NCBI GenBank assembly: GCA_035402805.1
Contig: DAONDY010000002.1
Coordinates: 49,801 to 113,800 of the forward strand
Length of the DNA stretch: 64,000 nucleotides
Source: Candidatus Woesebacteria bacterium
GTDB lineage: Bacteria > Patescibacteriota > Microgenomatia > UBA12405
Direction: 5' to 3'
The notes under the pieces are model-generated. The model searched no databases, was not told the origin of the DNA, and saw only the letters and a program-made list of their open reading frames with translations. The position numbers were made by a program, and so were the translations under genes. This document shows, piece by piece, positions 54,959 through 63,621 of the stretch; positions within the stretch are counted from its first letter, which is position 1; the number at the start of each line of letters is the position of its first letter.

Positions 54959-56647
54959 TTTATTTTCCTCAAGGTTGATGATGCGCTGGAGAATGGCCAG
55001 GGAACCAAGAGTGACAGGTTCGATGCCGTTGATGCCAAGATTAGAATCGCCAAGATTTTGGAGGCTAGAATAGGGAGTATCAGAGGAATAATTAATGATA
55101 CCTAAATCAAAAGGACAATTATTTAAATCAATAATGGTGCCTTTAGGGGCTTGTTGATCATAACAACTCTCAGTGATAGCACTTAGATAAGGACCAGATT
55201 CCATTTCGATGACGGTAATATTATTTTTGAAATAATAATTTAAAAGAGCTTTGTTTTCCAAAAAAGTACCTAGAACAGAAACAGCCTTTTGGCGAGTTAA
55301 AATTGAACCTTGATTATTGATGAAAGGAAAATCATCATTAAAACAATTTTTGAAAAGATAAGAATTTTGAGTATGTTCGTCAAAAACTAATCTGGGAATT
55401 TGGATATCACCGATTTCACCGTTTAAAATAGCCGCTTTACCGAGGACATAAACGCCTTTAATACTTTTGACGTTTTCCATGATTTCAGTAAGAACATGAT
55501 AGGCAGAAAATCCTAAAGGATAGTCAATATTAAAGATTAGAGCATTAGATTTTTCAATTTTTAGGTGGTTTTTTATTTTGAGACGAGGGTCAATGTTTTT
55601 TGACTTAACTAGATTTTTAACAGGAAAAATTTGGACGGTGAGATCGAGATAATTGGGATTAGGAATAGTTAAAATTCCCAGTTTTTTTTGGAGGTCTTGG
55701 TAGGCGGTTTTGGTTTCTGGATGAGAAAGAAAATATTTGGAAGCAAAATAGATAAAATCGTTGGGATTTAAAATAGATTTTTTAGATTGAATCTGAGTCC
55801 AAATTTGATAAAGCGAAGGGTGGTCAGTTTTTAGATTAGATAAGATTTCAAATTGATGAGCCAGAGGAAAACCAGTGAAGGCGTTTAAAAGACTGTGATT
55901 ATTACTGGAAACGAAATAAATCTCTTGACGAGAAATATGAAAAGCGGGGGAAACGGTGGTGGCAATGTTTTTCCACCATTTTTGGGTGGACTTAGTGTAA
56001 TTTAACCAGGAAGCAGAGAGAAGCTGAATTTTTAAATTAAGAGTTGATTTGTAGATTTTTTTTAATTTTTTATCCCAATTTGGGCCAAGTGATGAGGTAA
56101 AATTTTGCCATTCTTTTTCGGTGACTTTAAATTTTTTATAAAAATGTTTTGACTCTAAATCTTTTTTAAAAAGTGAATAGAGAGAATAATGCTTATGAAA
56201 AAGCTGGTTAAATTTATTCCATTCAGTTTGAATAGTGATAAGGATATTAGCGATATCGTCGATATCGGAAATTGAAGCGATAAGATAGGCAAGAATATTT
56301 TTTTGGGAATTAAAATGGGCAACTCGGCGGCGACTTTTGGATTCGACTCTTTTCCAATTAGTAACATTTTTATAACCATTATCTTCAAAAATTTCTGGGC
56401 TTTGACCAAGAATTATTTTTTCAACTTCGTCAATAATTTTGGGAAGACGATCCAAAGAGTAAACGAGGGCGGAAAAATCGACTTCTTTGGGATTATCACC
56501 GAGCGGGTGAAGAAGAGAATGCATTTTTAGATGAGAGGCAGAGAGAGAATGAATGGTGACTTCGAGATTGGATTTAAGAGCACTGCGATAAGAACGAACA
56601 TGGTTTTCGATGGAAGAAATATTTGAAGTGGGTAAAAGAGAAGACAT
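54956..56647 (-). CDS. Hypothetical 563-aa protein with a C-terminal nucleoside phosphorylase/nucleosidase (PNP_UDP_1, MTAN-like) domain
   Basis: The C-terminal ~190 aa carry IGKAAILNG, IPRLVFDEH and VIEMESGPYL, which resemble the MTAN motifs GIGKVAAA / VVSD..HD / AVEMEATA. The N-terminal ~370 aa are unassigned. Confidence 0.45.
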   Translation of the reverse strand: MSSLLPTSNISSIENHVRSYRSALKSNLEVTIHSLSASHLKMHSLLHPLGDNPKEVDFSALVYSLDRLPKIIDEVEKIILGQSPEIFEDNGYKNVTNWKRVESKSRRRVAHFNSQKNILAYLIASISDIDDIANILITIQTEWNKFNQLFHKHYSLYSLFKKDLESKHFYKKFKVTEKEWQNFTSSLGPNWDKKLKKIYKSTLNLKIQLLSASWLNYTKSTQKWWKNIATTVSPAFHISRQEIYFVSSNNHSLLNAFTGFPLAHQFEILSNLKTDHPSLYQIWTQIQSKKSILNPNDFIYFASKYFLSHPETKTAYQDLQKKLGILTIPNPNYLDLTVQIFPVKNLVKSKNIDPRLKIKNHLKIEKSNALIFNIDYPLGFSAYHVLTEIMENVKSIKGVYVLGKAAILNGEIGDIQIPRLVFDEHTQNSYLFKNCFNDDFPFINNQGSILTRQKAVSVLGTFLENKALLNYYFKNNITVIEMESGPYLSAITESCYDQQAPKGTIIDLNNCPFDLGIINYSSDTPYSSLQNLGDSNLGINGIEPVTLGSLAILQRIINLEENK

Positions 56648-56667
56648 ATAAAAGTTTAACAGAAATT

Positions 56668-56724
56668 AAACCTCTCTGTCTCTCGATAAACTCGAGACAT
56701 CTCCCCTTAAAAAAGGGAGAAGTC
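56668..56724 (+). repeat. Family A repeat copy A13
   Basis: aaacctctctgtctctcgataaactcgagacatctccccttaaaaaagggagaagtc. Confidence 0.85.
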
Positions 56725-56773
56725 GTTAATGCAATAGATTGCAGAAAAAAGTAGGTAAAGGTATAATTGGAGC

Positions 56774-58705
56774 ATGAGTGAAAGACCATCTGCAATAGAG
56801 TTTATGAAACAAGCAGCTGAGACTGATAGATTAAAAGAAAATTCTAGAAGAACTCAGGAAATAACGAAAAAATTAGTTGAAAATAGTGGAGTTTTTGGTG
56901 GTCAAATTGAAGAAGAAAGATCACAAGTTGTTTGTCAAGAGGTTTTGGCTGTTTTTGGTTCAAAATATGAGTCGGTTAGAAAGATGGAAGAGATCGCAGA
57001 ACCAAGCAACGCAAGTAGTACGGATAGACAAAAAGCTATGGCGACAGAAAATTTAGGAGTTTTGGGAACAGCAGCTTTTAGGGCAATAAATTTTTCTTTT
57101 AAAGAATATCCGGAGGGTTTAATTACATCAGCTCTTACGGCTGAACAAATAGATGATTTTTTACCAGAGGAAATGAAGGGATTGGGGAAATTTGTGGTCG
57201 AAGCAGATAAAAAGGCAACGGACGAAGAAAGAAAGGCTATTTTTGAAATGGATTTCCCTGGTGATAAAAATAATGTTTTAAATAATGAAAACGGTAAAAA
57301 TCACGAAGCCACAAGAAGATCAGAAGAAATAGTGAGAAAAAAAACCGGTAAGGAAGATGATTCTTATACTGATGTTAGAGGTGAAATAAAAGAAATTGAT
57401 TTTAACAATAGAGATCAAGTTCTAGAGTATAGTCGTGAGTTATTGGACTATCTAGAAAATTCTAATTATCCCAGTGAAGATTTAAATATCTCTGGTGAAA
57501 CAACTAAATTATTAAACTATATTCTAAATAAAAAAATTATAGGAAAAGATGGATTTGAAATTATAAATAAGGAAATAAAGGCTAGATTGGCTTTACATGA
57601 TACTGCAATTTTTATGACTAGGGCTGGGGGAAGTTTGTCTGATAGGAGTAATGAAAGCATTCCGAACATAATGAGTAAAATTGCGGAACACGACAGATTT
57701 TTGACAAGAGATGTTATGAGATTCTTTTTTGACAATGAAGGATCTATGGGGGTACCCTTTACTAAAGCTTGGGATCTGCTTCAAGACGCAAATTTTAATT
57801 ACAGAGATATGCTAAAAAGAGCAGGATTATCGGAAGATAGAATTAATGTTAAATTTAGAGAACCGGTGACCAGTGATCGTTTTTTTGGTCAAAAATATAC
57901 AAATTATGAATACGATACAAAGGAAGCTGATAAAGAAATGGTCTATTCATATATGTTAGAACAATTAGGTGGGGGTGAAAAAGCGAGAAAAGCATTACAG
58001 CTGGCACAAAAAATGTTTGTAGCTACGGACGAGGCCTCTGTTGTTAATGTTGGCTTTATTGGTGGTGATGATTTTTCTGAAGCCATACACTTTGGTCGTT
58101 TTAGAGAAGATGATGCGAAGCCTGGGAAGACAAAAAATGCTGGCCCCGATGTACACAGAGGATGGATTAAGAGTTTGACTCCTGGTTGGCTCAGAAACTT
58201 TTCTAATATTAGTGACCCTGATAAAAGAATAAGTGCAGAGGCGATTAGGACTCATTTGGATAATCTGGAAGGTAAAAAAGATTTTTATACTTATCACAGT
58301 GTTATTGTTGGCAAAAAAACTGGTCCTTTAAAAGAGTTGCTTTTAGATAAATCGCTTAAAAAACCGGAAGAAATTGTGGAATTAGATTTTTTTAAAAGTA
58401 AAATAGATTTGTTTAATAAATTGGACAAAGATAATAAAAAAGGGTTAAGAGCATATTGGGTAGCTGGTTTGTTACAATCCAATATGATGAATAGAAGTAA
58501 TCTGTGGGATGCAGACCATATCTCTGCTCTCAGAAAAATTTTAACTCGGGAAAGCCTCACACTAAAAGGTCAGAAAGAAGAGTTCTTTTTGACTAATGAT
58601 GAATGGAAATGGGTGGTTAAAAGTATAAACCTTAACAGGTACTTTAGAATGGATTTTATTGCGGATGTTATTGGAGACATGTATAAAATAAAAAAGAAAA
58701 GATAG
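56774..58705 (+). CDS. Hypothetical 643-aa soluble protein
   Basis: ORF only; no TM and no recognisable motif. Confidence 0.45.
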   Translation: MSERPSAIEFMKQAAETDRLKENSRRTQEITKKLVENSGVFGGQIEEERSQVVCQEVLAVFGSKYESVRKMEEIAEPSNASSTDRQKAMATENLGVLGTAAFRAINFSFKEYPEGLITSALTAEQIDDFLPEEMKGLGKFVVEADKKATDEERKAIFEMDFPGDKNNVLNNENGKNHEATRRSEEIVRKKTGKEDDSYTDVRGEIKEIDFNNRDQVLEYSRELLDYLENSNYPSEDLNISGETTKLLNYILNKKIIGKDGFEIINKEIKARLALHDTAIFMTRAGGSLSDRSNESIPNIMSKIAEHDRFLTRDVMRFFFDNEGSMGVPFTKAWDLLQDANFNYRDMLKRAGLSEDRINVKFREPVTSDRFFGQKYTNYEYDTKEADKEMVYSYMLEQLGGGEKARKALQLAQKMFVATDEASVVNVGFIGGDDFSEAIHFGRFREDDAKPGKTKNAGPDVHRGWIKSLTPGWLRNFSNISDPDKRISAEAIRTHLDNLEGKKDFYTYHSVIVGKKTGPLKELLLDKSLKKPEEIVELDFFKSKIDLFNKLDKDNKKGLRAYWVAGLLQSNMMNRSNLWDADHISALRKILTRESLTLKGQKEEFFLTNDEWKWVVKSINLNRYFRMDFIADVIGDMYKIKKKR

Positions 58706-58756
58706 TGGATCAGTGGAGAATTGATGTTTTGATATTATAATTTTTTAAAATTCTGA

Positions 58757-60406
58757 TTACCCTGATGTTTCAGTACCGTCGTCGTCGTTTCTTGATGTTG
58801 TGTCTGATGGAGCTGGCGTGCTTGCTTGTCCAGCAGTTTCTTTTCTATTTTTTCCTTTTATTGAAAGTGAAATAGCATTAGTAGCTTTGCCGGCTGCTGA
58901 ACTTGCCATTTCTTTGCCAAAAGATCCGACGCTTTTAATAGCAGTGTTACTACTGACTGCTTCACCAATGGCTTTGCCAAAGGCAGATGGTTTTAACATA
59001 AATATAGCTTCGGGAACGAGGTTTGGAAGCTTAGAAATCATAGCAAGACCAGCAAGACCAATGGCGGCTCTTATTACAGCTCCACCACCAAGAGCACCAG
59101 TGTTTAATAAGGATGGTCGCCAGAGATCTATTCCAGCAACATTGTCGATAATGTAGTTAATGAAAACGACCGCGATTAAAACGACTGGGAAAACGGCGAC
59201 TTTAGAAATTAAATTAATCAACCAAGAGGAAAATCCTGCTTTACTGTTGGGAAAAGCTCCGATACCAATCATAATGGGAGCGGTAATTATTTGGATAATA
59301 ATAGTGACATAGGCAGTGAGAAGGCCGAAAAATAATTTTATTAACCAAATAGCGATTATAATAAACAAAACAATCATTAAAACAACTCCACCGACAGCAC
59401 CAACTAACCAACTAATTGCACCGCCACCCCAATTTAAAGCCCCACCAACACCACTACCAAAAAGACCACCGAGACCACCAATTATACTGCCTAAAACTAC
59501 CTGGCCGACAAGTCCACCAAGAGCTAGCATTGATCCACCAGGAACGGTGGCATTGGCTAACATAGAAAGGGTGACAAAATCAGCATTGGCTAAATTCTTA
59601 AAATTATAAAATGAGTTAGTTCCAATGAGGTCGACTGGAATAAGATTAGCCCATTTAGCTCCAGTAAAAAGAGACGAATCTAATCCTATTCCCTTAGCAG
59701 AGAAAAAGATCATAAGAACCATACCTTGGATCCAATAGCTTAAATCGATGATTAAACCGGCAATAGCATAAGAAAAAGTGACTAAAACTAGAGAGGTAAC
59801 CAATTTGGGAATACTGTTTTGAAGGGTGATGACGGCTTGGGGACTGATTTTTACCCGGAGCATAATCATAATACCAATTACAATAAAAATAACCGAAGCT
59901 AGGGCGTAAATAACGTTTCTTAAAATTTTCCATAAGGGAAGCAATGGTTGAAGACTTTCACCAGATTTAAAAGCAACGCCTTGAGCATAAGTGGGTTTAC
60001 CTAGAAAATTATTTTTGACTTGAGCAATATACTCGACACCAGAAGCTTGCGGCTGATAAAAAGCAGTAGCCATTTTAGTGGAAGTGCCTAAAAGCCCTGA
60101 TAATTGATATTTTGATTCATCAATTGAGCCATCCTCATTGAAAGGTAGTGGTCCGGTTAAAGTGGTTAAAAGATTAACAGCGTTGGTATTCCAAGAGTTT
60201 AATTGCCAAGATTCGGCGTTATTTTGTTTAGTTTGGGCGTCTTGAGTTTGTTTGATTATATTGTTGGCGGCAAGGATTTTTTTTACAGAGAAGATCGCAG
60301 TGATGGCAATAAGGGCAATAAAAATTATTTTAGTTAGAGTATTTATACTTGGCAAAAGACGAGTATCGCGGGAGTTGAGTTTTTTAAAAATATTAGCGAT
60401 GGACAT
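58757..60406 (-). CDS. TrbL/VirB6-like polytopic T4SS membrane protein
   Basis: 549 aa with at least 8 TM helices and Gly-rich helices (GGLVGQVVLGSIIGGLGGLFGSGVGG); Ser/Thr/Asp-rich C-terminal tail; heads the operon that ends with the pilin-like array. Confidence 0.55.
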   Translation of the reverse strand: MSIANIFKKLNSRDTRLLPSINTLTKIIFIALIAITAIFSVKKILAANNIIKQTQDAQTKQNNAESWQLNSWNTNAVNLLTTLTGPLPFNEDGSIDESKYQLSGLLGTSTKMATAFYQPQASGVEYIAQVKNNFLGKPTYAQGVAFKSGESLQPLLPLWKILRNVIYALASVIFIVIGIMIMLRVKISPQAVITLQNSIPKLVTSLVLVTFSYAIAGLIIDLSYWIQGMVLMIFFSAKGIGLDSSLFTGAKWANLIPVDLIGTNSFYNFKNLANADFVTLSMLANATVPGGSMLALGGLVGQVVLGSIIGGLGGLFGSGVGGALNWGGGAISWLVGAVGGVVLMIVLFIIIAIWLIKLFFGLLTAYVTIIIQIITAPIMIGIGAFPNSKAGFSSWLINLISKVAVFPVVLIAVVFINYIIDNVAGIDLWRPSLLNTGALGGGAVIRAAIGLAGLAMISKLPNLVPEAIFMLKPSAFGKAIGEAVSSNTAIKSVGSFGKEMASSAAGKATNAISLSIKGKNRKETAGQASTPAPSDTTSRNDDDGTETSG

Positions 60407-60436
60407 TGAATAATTTTAGCATGGACTAATAAAAAA

Positions 60437-61234
60437 TTACCATCCCTCTGGTCGGAGACCTTCGAGGCCATTGGCATTATTAGCATCGATATTAAGCTGG
60501 GATGAGAAAAAATTATTTAATTTAATTTTTTGACTTTCGACTGTTTTATTTTGATCTTGGTTTTGATAGGGGATTGGCTGATCCATTATTTTAATAGTAT
60601 TGGCCTTGTCGCTGCTGTCGTTGGAAATATCTTTGATTGGAGTTAAAAAGAAATCATTATAAATTCCTTCATAACAAGGTAATTCGTAATCGGGAATTGA
60701 TGGTTTGGTTTCGATTTGAGCCAAAAGATCGGCTGGAGTATCTATTTTGGTATCATTTTCATCACAGATGAATTTTTGATTGGTTTGAGTAAGATAAAGA
60801 GCTAAATCACTAATTTTTTTTTCGAGACATTCATTAGAATCGGAACAAATTTTGCCAAGGATTTTATCCTGAGCTTTACCGTTAAAAACGTCATTAATAA
60901 TTTTACCTTTAAGACAGTCTTGAGTGTTGCTGGCGGTGGTTCGAGAACCAACGTAGGAGTGTTTATTTTTATATTCATCAGAAAGAGAGATATTTCCATA
61001 ATCAGAAAAATCTTCAACTTTTTCATTTTCACCACGATTGATATCGATATCGTAAGGTTTTTCAAAGAGACTGGTGATCCATTCCCAAATTATTTCAAAA
61101 ATATTGGGATTATATTTTTCAAATTTACAAGTATAAGTAGGAGTGGAAGTGGAAGTTGAATTTTGGGCAGAAACAAAAATGGGGGTAAATAGGGGAACGA
61201 TTAAAAATAATAAAACAATTAGAAAACGTTTCAT
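60437..61234 (-). CDS. Secreted Cys-containing protein (T4SS-associated surface protein candidate)
   Basis: Signal peptide MKRFLIVLLFLIVPLFTPIFVSA; 10 Cys. Confidence 0.5.
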   Translation of the reverse strand: MKRFLIVLLFLIVPLFTPIFVSAQNSTSTSTPTYTCKFEKYNPNIFEIIWEWITSLFEKPYDIDINRGENEKVEDFSDYGNISLSDEYKNKHSYVGSRTTASNTQDCLKGKIINDVFNGKAQDKILGKICSDSNECLEKKISDLALYLTQTNQKFICDENDTKIDTPADLLAQIETKPSIPDYELPCYEGIYNDFFLTPIKDISNDSSDKANTIKIMDQPIPYQNQDQNKTVESQKIKLNNFFSSQLNIDANNANGLEGLRPEGW

Positions 61235-61623
61235 TAGCTGGGAATGATAAAGTCGGTGACATTAACACCGGTGAAAGTACCGATAAATTTGATGATTATA
61301 AAAGAAATAATAACACCAACTAGTCCAATAATAGAGGTGGTGAGAGTGGAAGTGGCTTTGGCAGTTTTTTTGGGATCGCCGCCAGAAGTAAGATATTCGA
61401 AACCACCTTTGAGAAACATAATAAAAAAAACAATTCCAGCAAAATAAACGATAACTTGGGCAACGTTGGCAAAAATACATTCAAAACCCTTAATATTGGC
61501 AATCTTGTCACCGTTGCTATCAATTTGATAACAAGAACTTTTCCAATCTTCTTGAGCGTAAATTGGAGAAGGAAAGAAAATTTTTAAGAGTGAATTCATA
61601 AGCTGATTATACAGTAAAAACAA
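61234..61623 (-). CDS. Pilin-like two-TM protein, paralog 1 (VirB2/TrbC-like candidate)
   Basis: Signal peptide-like N-terminus, TM1, loop TSGGDPKKTAKATS, TM2 (IIGLVGVIISFII..IG). Same architecture as the next five genes. Confidence 0.5.
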   Translation of the reverse strand: MFLLYNQLMNSLLKIFFPSPIYAQEDWKSSCYQIDSNGDKIANIKGFECIFANVAQVIVYFAGIVFFIMFLKGGFEYLTSGGDPKKTAKATSTLTTSIIGLVGVIISFIIIKFIGTFTGVNVTDFIIPS

Positions 61624-61672
61624 AAACCCCTCCAGTTTGTTTTGGAGGGGTTTAAAAATCAGTTTGATTTAA

Positions 61673-62050
61673 TTAGAAAGGTTTGATGGTTAGATCACCA
61701 AGGATGCTAATACCAAAGACAGTTCCAATTAATTGCATTATGGCCCAAGCGGCAAAGACAATCACTAAACCGATTAAAGCGTTAGTAATTTGAGAACGAG
61801 CGGCAGCAACTTTCTTTTCATCACCACCAGAAGTAATCCATTTAAGACCACCAATGACGAGAATGAAGAAAAAGATTAAAGAAACGATAATTAAAACTAA
61901 GCTAATAGCGCCAGAAACCATGCGGTTGACGGTTAAACCTTCAAGGTTTTTGAAAGTTCCTTCTCCAGCGGTTAATTTTAAATTTTCAGCTGCATAGATA
62001 GGAGCGGCAACTGCAGCGAACTGAATTTTTTCTTTGATTTGTTTGATCAT
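61673..62050 (-). CDS. Pilin-like two-TM protein, paralog 2
   Basis: Signal-like AAPIYAAEN; loop TSGGDEKKVAAARSQ; TM2 LIGLVIVFAAWAI..IG. Confidence 0.5.
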   Translation of the reverse strand: MIKQIKEKIQFAAVAAPIYAAENLKLTAGEGTFKNLEGLTVNRMVSGAISLVLIIVSLIFFFILVIGGLKWITSGGDEKKVAAARSQITNALIGLVIVFAAWAIMQLIGTVFGISILGDLTIKPF

Positions 62051-62102
62051 TTTAATTTAATAATTATTAATATTAACTAATTTTAACAGTAAATTTTATA
62101 TT

Positions 62103-62459
62103 TTAAATAGTTGGCCAGCTAATTTCTAAATTACCCAATCCTTCAATACCAAAAATGTAGCCAACTAGCTTGAGAAGGGCAAGGACTGAAAAAATAATAA
62201 CAACACCGATTATGGAATAAAGAAGAGCATGTTGGGCTTCTTCGTATTTTTTGGGATCACCTTGTGAAGAAATCATTTTGTAGCCGGCGAGAATAAAATG
62301 ATAAACAAAATAAATGACACCAAAAACAAATAAAACAGAGATTAAACTTTGAACAATGCTGTTAACATAGGTTTTGGGATTGTTTTGGATTTTACTTTCA
62401 CAATCGGTTAAAACTGGGTTGCAAACAATGGCGCGAACTGGTTTGATTAGATTTATCAT
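62103..62459 (-). CDS. Pilin-like two-TM protein, paralog 3
   Basis: Loop SSQGDPKKYEEAQHA; TM2 IIGVVIIFSVLAL..VG. Confidence 0.5.
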   Translation of the reverse strand: MINLIKPVRAIVCNPVLTDCESKIQNNPKTYVNSIVQSLISVLFVFGVIYFVYHFILAGYKMISSQGDPKKYEEAQHALLYSIIGVVIIFSVLALLKLVGYIFGIEGLGNLEISWPTI

Positions 62460-62461
62460 AA

Positions 62462-62821
62462 TTAATTTATTGGTTGGAAAATGGTAGTTAAATCAAAAAT
62501 ACTGTTCATACCCAATAGAGAGGCGATTAAAGCGCCTAATCCGTAGGCAATAACTATGATGGCTAATCCAAGAAGGTTGGTGGTTAATCTTTTTTTTGCA
62601 GATTCCAACTCTTTTGGATCACCTTGAGAAGATATCATAGCAATCCCCGCCATAATTATTTGAATGGTAAAGTAAATAACACCGACTAAAGTTAATATAC
62701 CAATAACAGCACTAATTATTTTTTCGATCTGACCGGCTGATCCACCAGTTGAATCAGAGATTGGTTGAATACCTGGACCCTCAAGGACATTGGCTAATAA
62801 TTTATTGTTTAATTGGTTCAT
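62462..62821 (-). CDS. Pilin-like two-TM protein, paralog 4
   Basis: Loop SSQGDPKELESAKKR; TM2 LLGLAIIVIAYGLG. Confidence 0.5.
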   Translation of the reverse strand: MNQLNNKLLANVLEGPGIQPISDSTGGSAGQIEKIISAVIGILTLVGVIYFTIQIIMAGIAMISSQGDPKELESAKKRLTTNLLGLAIIVIAYGLGALIASLLGMNSIFDLTTIFQPIN

Positions 62822-62830
62822 AAATTTAAA

Positions 62831-63151
62831 TTAAATAGTTGGATTAAGAATATCTAAACCAAGCCAGTTACCAATGGTGTTAGCAAGAATGAAAGCTGAG
62901 GCAACAATGGCGATACCAATAAGGCTTTGCCAGATAGTGGCCCAAGCTGCAGAAGTTTTTTTCTCGTCACCATTGGCGGTAAGATAGCCATAACCAGCAA
63001 GAATAATTTGAATGATAAAATAAATACCAGCGATAGTGCCGGCTAATTTGAAAATAGCGTTTAAAAACAGAAAGAGGCCGGATCCATCATCTTTAGCAAA
63101 AAATGGACTATTTTCTATTGGTGGTTTGATTTCGCCGAATATTGAAAGCAT
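62831..63151 (-). CDS. Pilin-like two-TM protein, paralog 5
   Basis: Loop TANGDEKKTSAAWAT; TM2 LIGIAIVASAFIL..IG. Confidence 0.5.
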   Translation of the reverse strand: MLSIFGEIKPPIENSPFFAKDDGSGLFLFLNAIFKLAGTIAGIYFIIQIILAGYGYLTANGDEKKTSAAWATIWQSLIGIAIVASAFILANTIGNWLGLDILNPTI

Positions 63152-63152
63152 T

Positions 63153-63497
63153 TTATAAATTTGAATTTAAAATATTAACTCCGGTAATTTTTCCTATAAT
63201 TTGGATTATGGTATAGGCGAGGAGCACTATAATAAATCCAATTGCGGCATTGGTAATAGCAGATTTGCCTTGATCGGCTTTTTTAGAATCACCTTTACCT
63301 GCGTTCATTATAAAGGTAATTCCGCCAAAAATCAAAAGAGAGAGCAGTATAATACCGGCAAGCATTAGAGAATATTTTAAAATAATCGAAATAAGAGTAC
63401 TGACACCGCCGTTTCCATAAGCGGCTTCAAGATTTTTACCTGTTCCTAGATTGATATCACCTATATTGAAGGCTAATAATGATTTCATACTTGCCAA
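63153..63497 (-). CDS. Pilin-like two-TM protein, paralog 6
   Basis: Loop NAGKGDSKKADQGKSA; TM2 AIGFIIVLLAYTI..IG. Confidence 0.5.
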   Translation of the reverse strand: MASMKSLLAFNIGDINLGTGKNLEAAYGNGGVSTLISIILKYSLMLAGIILLSLLIFGGITFIMNAGKGDSKKADQGKSAITNAAIGFIIVLLAYTIIQIIGKITGVNILNSNL

Positions 63498-63621
63498 ATT
63501 ATACTATATTTAAGGCTTAAAAAGAGGATTGATTTTAGGGAAAAACAAGAGGTTTTGTTTAGACTATTGATTGAATAAAAATGATGTTATAATACGCAAC
63601 AAATTAGTTTAAAATGAATAT

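Noticed and set aside
3869-56724. Possibility that the family A repeats are a CRISPR array
   Set aside because: The copies are dispersed over 50 kb at irregular intervals, inside and between genes, with no regular repeat-spacer periodicity and no cas genes. They are REP/MITE-like elements, not CRISPR.
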